Shown: positions 61,901 through 64,000 of the stretch, piece by piece
Numbering within the stretch: the first letter of the stretch is position 1
Layout of the letters: the number at the start of each line of letters is the position of its first letter
Source: Bradymonadia bacterium
GTDB lineage: Bacteria > Myxococcota_A > Bradymonadia > UBA7976 > UBA1532
Assembly: GCA_046290225.1 (NCBI GenBank)
Contig: JBKAGE010000078.1
Span: 352,001 to 416,000, forward strand
Direction of reading: 5' to 3'
DNA length: 64,000 bases
Made by a program: the position numbers and the translations under genes
The notes under the pieces: generated by a model
Databases searched by the model: none
What the model was told of the DNA's origin: nothing
Seen by the model: only the letters and a program-made list of their open reading frames with translations

Positions 61901-64000
61901 GGCTCAGCGTGATGGCGGCCTCGAGATCATCGGCCTGGACCTCGAAGACACGGGCCCAGGTGCCCAGGGCCGCGCCCTCGTCACCGAGCTCCACCTTCTG
62001 TACCCGGGCCATGCGCTTGAGCAGATCGACCTTGAGAGGCTGCTCGTCGGCAGCGCGCACCTGCTCATCGAGCAACCGCACAAAGCCCGTCAGCTCGCCA
62101 CGCTCGGCGAAGAGCCCCTCGAGCGAACGCCAGTCCTGGGCCTGTAGATACACACCACGGAGGAAGGCCTCTGCCTGACGGTCTTGCACGTTGAGGCGGA
62201 GCACCGCCCGCCACGCCTCGGTGGCGCGAGCTTCGTCACCGAGCTGGTCGGCGCAGATCGGCGCCAGCTTCTTCAGCCAGAGGAGGCGATCTTCGTCGCT
62301 CTCGGTGAGGCCGATGCGCTCCGTGAGCAGATCAGCCAGGGGGCCCCACTGAAGGGTCTTGCGATACAGGATCTCGAGGGCCTCCCACGCCTCGCCGTGA
62401 TCAGGCTGGGCTGCGAGGACCTGCCGCCAGAGATCGATGGCCTCGCCCTCGCGCTTGAGGCGCTCCGTGGCCAGGGTGGCCATCTGCTGCAGGCGAGCCA
62501 CCCGGGCGTCGCCTTCGAGAAGCTCGAGCTGGAGGCCATAGGCCTCGTACACCTTGGGCCACATCTTGCGGCGGGTGTAGAGCTCGATGAGGCTCGAGAT
62601 CGCCTCCTCGTCTCGGGGCTTCACCGCCAGCAGGGCTTCGAGATACACGATGGCCTGCTGCGGGTTGGAGAACTGATCGAGCCAGAGCTGAGCGATGCGT
62701 CGGAGCAGCGCCACCTGAGCGTCGGTCTCCCCCACCTCGGCAGCGAGATCGGCCCGACGGCTCAACACACCGATGAGGTCGTTCCAGCGGCGCTTCTTCT
62801 CGAAGGTAGACTCGAGGGCGTCGAGGGCCTCGGTGTTCCCCGGCTGGAGCAGCAGGATCTGGTTGTAGGTGTTCACCACCATCACCTCGAGGTGGAGGCG
62901 ATCGCGGTAGATGGTGATCATCTGGCTCAAGATGCCCACCCGCCCCTCGACATCGTCTTCGGGGAGCAGGTTGTAGTCTTCCTTGAGCGACTCGAGCAGG
63001 GCGTTCCACTTGCGAGTGCGCTCGAACAGACGGCGCAGGGCGTCGCGGGCTTCCCCATTGTCGGGATCGAGCTTGCGGATGCCCTTCCAGACATCGATGG
63101 CCTTGTCGGGGCTGTTGAGGGCGTTCTCGGCCACGTCGGCCATCTGACGACCGATCTCGAGCTTCTTCGCCAGCGACTCCGCCGCCGACTGGCGCGCACC
63201 GAGGGTGGCCAGCAGGCGTTTGTGATCACCAGCCTCTGAGTAGAACTGTGTGTAGAAGTCGAGCATCAGCCCGTTGCGGGGATCGTTGAGCTTGATGCGC
63301 TTGAAGTACCCCTCAGCGGCCTTGAGATCGCCCACCTTGCGCCACAAAATCATGGCGATCTGGACCAGCATGGCCCCTTCGTCGTGACCCCGGCCCCGGC
63401 TGCGGAGCGCGGCCTCGTACACCGCCACCAGCTCGTGCCACGACTCTTTCTCGCTGTAGTAGTCGACGCAGAAGTTGAAGGCGTCCTGGTGCGCCGGATC
63501 CACCTTCAACAACGCCCGGGACCATTGCGCCGCCCGGGGCAGATCTTGGAGCGCCTCTCGGGAGATCGTCACCATGCGCTGCAGCAGAGCGAGTCGATCG
63601 GCCTTGCGGGTGGTCTTGGCGAGCTGCTCTTCGAGGAACTTGAGCAGATCCTCGTACCGACCATTCTCTTCGAAGTAGTGCTCGAGCAGGATTCGAGCCT
63701 GATCGTTGCGGGGTTGACGCTCCAACACCCCGCGGAGCAACCCCTCGATGCGCTCGTCTTCCGGGTACTCTCGAAGCAGGACCTCCACCGCCTCGAGGAT
63801 CATCGCCGACTTGCGGCGGGTGTCCCGGATGCCCTCGACCTGCTCCAGCAGCGCCTGCACCTTCGCCTGCCCCTCGGAGCGGGCGTGATCGATCAGCTCG
63901 GCGAACTCACCGGCTCGGGGATGCTCCGGGGCGAGCTTGAAGGCCTGCCGGACGCAGAGCACTGCGTCATCGGTGGCACCGAGGCTCAGACAGATCTCGG
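52968..64000 (-). CDS. Giant tetratricopeptide-repeat protein (>3670 aa, AgmK-like); 5' end lies beyond the window
   Basis: Continuous TPR units (AIDxWRxVL..DP.H..AL.AL..LY...E.W..L). The frame stays open from 63962 to the window edge. Confidence 0.9.
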   Translation of the reverse strand, partial: EICLSLGATDDAVLCVRQAFKLAPEHPRAGEFAELIDHARSEGQAKVQALLEQVEGIRDTRRKSAMILEAVEVLLREYPEDERIEGLLRGVLERQPRNDQARILLEHYFEENGRYEDLLKFLEEQLAKTTRKADRLALLQRMVTISREALQDLPRAAQWSRALLKVDPAHQDAFNFCVDYYSEKESWHELVAVYEAALRSRGRGHDEGAMLVQIAMILWRKVGDLKAAEGYFKRIKLNDPRNGLMLDFYTQFYSEAGDHKRLLATLGARQSAAESLAKKLEIGRQMADVAENALNSPDKAIDVWKGIRKLDPDNGEARDALRRLFERTRKWNALLESLKEDYNLLPEDDVEGRVGILSQMITIYRDRLHLEVMVVNTYNQILLLQPGNTEALDALESTFEKKRRWNDLIGVLSRRADLAAEVGETDAQVALLRRIAQLWLDQFSNPQQAIVYLEALLAVKPRDEEAISSLIELYTRRKMWPKVYEAYGLQLELLEGDARVARLQQMATLATERLKREGEAIDLWRQVLAAQPDHGEAWEALEILYRKTLQWGPLADLLTERIGLTESDEDRLLWLKKLAPICADQLGDEARATEAWRAVLRLNVQDRQAEAFLRGVYLQAQDWRSLEGLFAERGELTGFVRLLDEQVRAADEQPLKVDLLKRMARVQKVELGDEGAALGTWARVFEVQADDLEAAITLSPHYEQTAQWDELVDTLEVQLDHEHGDPQTLMQTLAEIHEHKREDLPAAYMWRANALQRQPEDAACLSEAIRIAEAGEQWGPLTDLLGVLVRSVQTPEVEVEMHRALAHMNAGPLNEPAQAVAHYERVRELSGDSPEVLGALAGLYQGLGASEELLGIYTAQLDAAEGDATAQVEILTAIGGLHENVREDAAAAQAAYTGILALEPSHLDAIQGLQRLSAVAGEQEALVGYLEQELALTEAAPRRAELLMRLGGLCEETGHGDHAIGRYGEVLAIEGTHAGAIEALAAHLNGPLSADAAEVLEPHLRAAGDAFGLHRVLSLLVDAEGEGSFEEKRRARLAELAALRRDALADHDGAFEAYARLLNFDPSDEEVRGELEAIAAAHRLWAQLVEVYQTFAVAGDQVTLSGEQAPAYSRRVALLQEERLSDVQGARLTLETLAGAEGDTLEVLEILDRLNTRLEDWRGLVGVCERKVACLEGEAQIPVLFRVADLWEEVLEDPEAAVVALRRILDIDPRQGRALNALERIFRNTGRHADLAGLLRRRLEITDAAEETQARVELLYQLAQVLEHQLGDLEGALVCYGEVFTLDTEHRPSLEAVEHMLAHLQGDTEHADGPQLRAHVCDLLSPIYTQREAWALCIHLAEVRLSDAETPADRVALRSRIAELKEHRLHDQPGALVVYSEAFEDDYGNPQVLAELQRLAAMTEGWPALVQVLRGPLDVEGCDIEAEVQRSMLALISVLYDRRLDEANEAIAALVRLLDLFPEDTEALARLDALYFKVGDADALAEILERRVVLEAEEDPRVALLVRLAQVYESELEAPRQAIKAWSQIRALRPEGLDAHVALERLFTAVEDHRALVEVLLDHGARAEAVEDRKALLFKAAALLEQPLEERDDAVSVYRDILELDAEDTRALGELDRLFSELERHEALLEILTRELGLAEGDDGRNAFELRMGRLLWGPLGQPEEALACFNHIVARTPDHGGARDGLESLLEAPEVRLAACRSLEPIYTAAGHHLALRDTLRLTLADRPEEEQIPTLLQIAILEEEALEQPVSAFETLSEAYTSSGGRADIREGLERLAGTTDSYGELADLLSEISMTDETEAVTVHLKIAEIAHTHLDDVNRAIEEYRQVLALVEGEPRALDALEVLYDQVGDDVALVQILAEKAERTAEAESRRSLRARRAGIWETRLGDLPEAIDTWRSVLADDRHDVGAFTELERLLSLSERWPELTQLYEARLGDVTEDPARADLEFKLGEAWERHLGEGEKALGIYKGILDRMSAHEAARGALEALFGEEDRAAQAGISTLSAGLILEPHYRRDEQFAALVLVLEARQRDPEVETEARVTLLREIAEIHSGRLGDDAAAFGACIRAFPLAPALEANRAEATRLAQAALTLDRLVNAYHDVIGEIADPALKVVLYLELGHIEEQIRGLDEAARDCYRAVLEIEPGHQKAIELLVALYTRTEAFEDLVALYLNRAEAEEAVEDQKSLLFKAAGLLDETLGDVDRALGALRRVREIEPGNVPAFDDVERLLTREARWAEQAELISAQIDHADEAATRAGLRTRLGDVLNLRLGDQAGAIEAWHTVIVEDDPQHAVALESLEQMLETLSDDPPMPLQDHVARLLEPIYADQDRWQDWIIVLEVQLRFVSEPWGRVEILSRMAKAQEERLADKVAAFDAWRRAFAEDYGNPDLQAPLDRIAGEIEAWQPLVEAYLGGIESFGDLEAAAEILHKVAGVYETRLGADEPAVECYRRVLLIDDSRMSALDALEGIYTRHHDHEGLVEILGRKAEIVSETPAKIALLERMAHLHTAELDRPSEAIDTWRRVLDEDPEHVQALDALAALYTHIEDWDQLTNALREKLEVAPLDDEGRRQLQYRIADLCEVRLEDVDEAIFTWRSVREAAPRDERAIESLKRLYRAETRWGELIDLLEGERAHCVESDPESTALDVLDLAIGEVLRAHLGQIAQAIEMYGELLDRRPDDAETTPQAVEALEGLLDDYDHRLQASRVLERHYSAVEAHEALARILELQLEETQERAERLTLFCRLARIHRDHLGDAQGAFDFFGLAFQEDPTEAEVVQALDTLGAELQAFDRVAELYAGQAAAVLDATVSQALSRKLALIYEQELSEPIQAIDAWRAVLRADPYDAEALKALDALYLGQQDWPALIEILRSRIELAEEGEMVELRFRLGYLLEAVEGDLAGALTLYRQVLWDQADHRYALEAMERLAVNLEHREAVAEVLDPIYREAELWEKVAILTEMRVELADDARDRATLWGQIAQIREGNLTDTEGAFQAQRLAFVEDPEDEDVRGEFLRLGAELKAWSSMIEAIEHAQDAINDVDLRLEDQIRMAQWCRDEIGDLGEAVRHYQVALDYDGENDDALTALEALYTEAESWSALAEVHRVRAASLFDLDEKKARLLKLGALCAEALEDLDGAVSAYEEILDIDDADADALGALEGLFEGHGRHSDLVGILERRVDVTMDSEELIGLHRRIGVLCRDALDDIERAADAFERALDHDAGDAESLAALTQLYTQLASWDRLQDVYVKEMTAAEDESKRFDVLMAMGDNAEERLQRRDDAMEYYRQALAQRSDHQGAFEKLTGLYRQSDRWYDLVDTLNEHLDAIRDQGDQDRVLKLHLEMAEVCELHLHDMGRAVEHLNAVLAVDDHHPGALNRLASLHETSGEWAACAEVLEKAIEHAPEGPDRAESWRRLGLLRLDQLDDVEGGKAALQKAVDEASDVVAIDRLIQLATGAHEDGSDDTAALIELNTLKLAALEGEARVPALLTLGALCKGTGDHGAALGHLEAAYGLQSNDLQVADQLIEAYLDADRGDDAEPVIRGIIDDLKSRRRFKALFKYNFHLGRIYEARGDQEAALEAYTACFEYDATYLPNLSRLGHIYVDRAEWPRALKIFQTMLLHQMKMKTPAEKVDVFYNLGVIREQMGDARKARDMYNRALGFDPAHEESKAALARL

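Overview
This is a high-GC (roughly two-thirds G+C, judged by eye) bacterial chromosomal segment, most likely from a Myxococcota-type organism. The evidence is a MYXO-CTERM-like sorting signal, an AgmX/PglI-type protein, a giant AgmK-like TPR protein and several Cys/Gly/Pro-rich lipoproteins. It holds about 36 CDSs. Housekeeping genes are a stand-alone Zn-free rpsN, hutF, glyoxalase I, ttcA, thiolase, thrS, tmk and psd. There is also a YqiJ/flotillin/large-ATPase operon and several large surface proteins. Two regions stand out. (1) 8387-18169 is a co-directional cluster of lipoprotein, caspase (C14), anti-sigma, ECF sigma and two TPR-CHAT proteases. All three proteases have export signals and intact His/Cys dyads, Arg-Gly motifs recur in the cluster, and two genes appear to start at CTG codons coupled to the upstream stop. 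(2) 20536-21093 is a 558-bp non-coding, rotationally symmetric element between convergent genes. It has two inverted ~180-bp arms built from a 12-bp repeat alternating with C(GNA)G mini-hairpins that show compensatory changes, and a TA-flanked palindromic MITE in the middle. A smaller oddity is that thrS starts with 7 Thr codons among codons 3-10, using all four ACN codons. No rRNA, tRNA, CRISPR array, integrase or transposase gene was recognised. All functional calls come from motif recognition by eye; no database searches were run.
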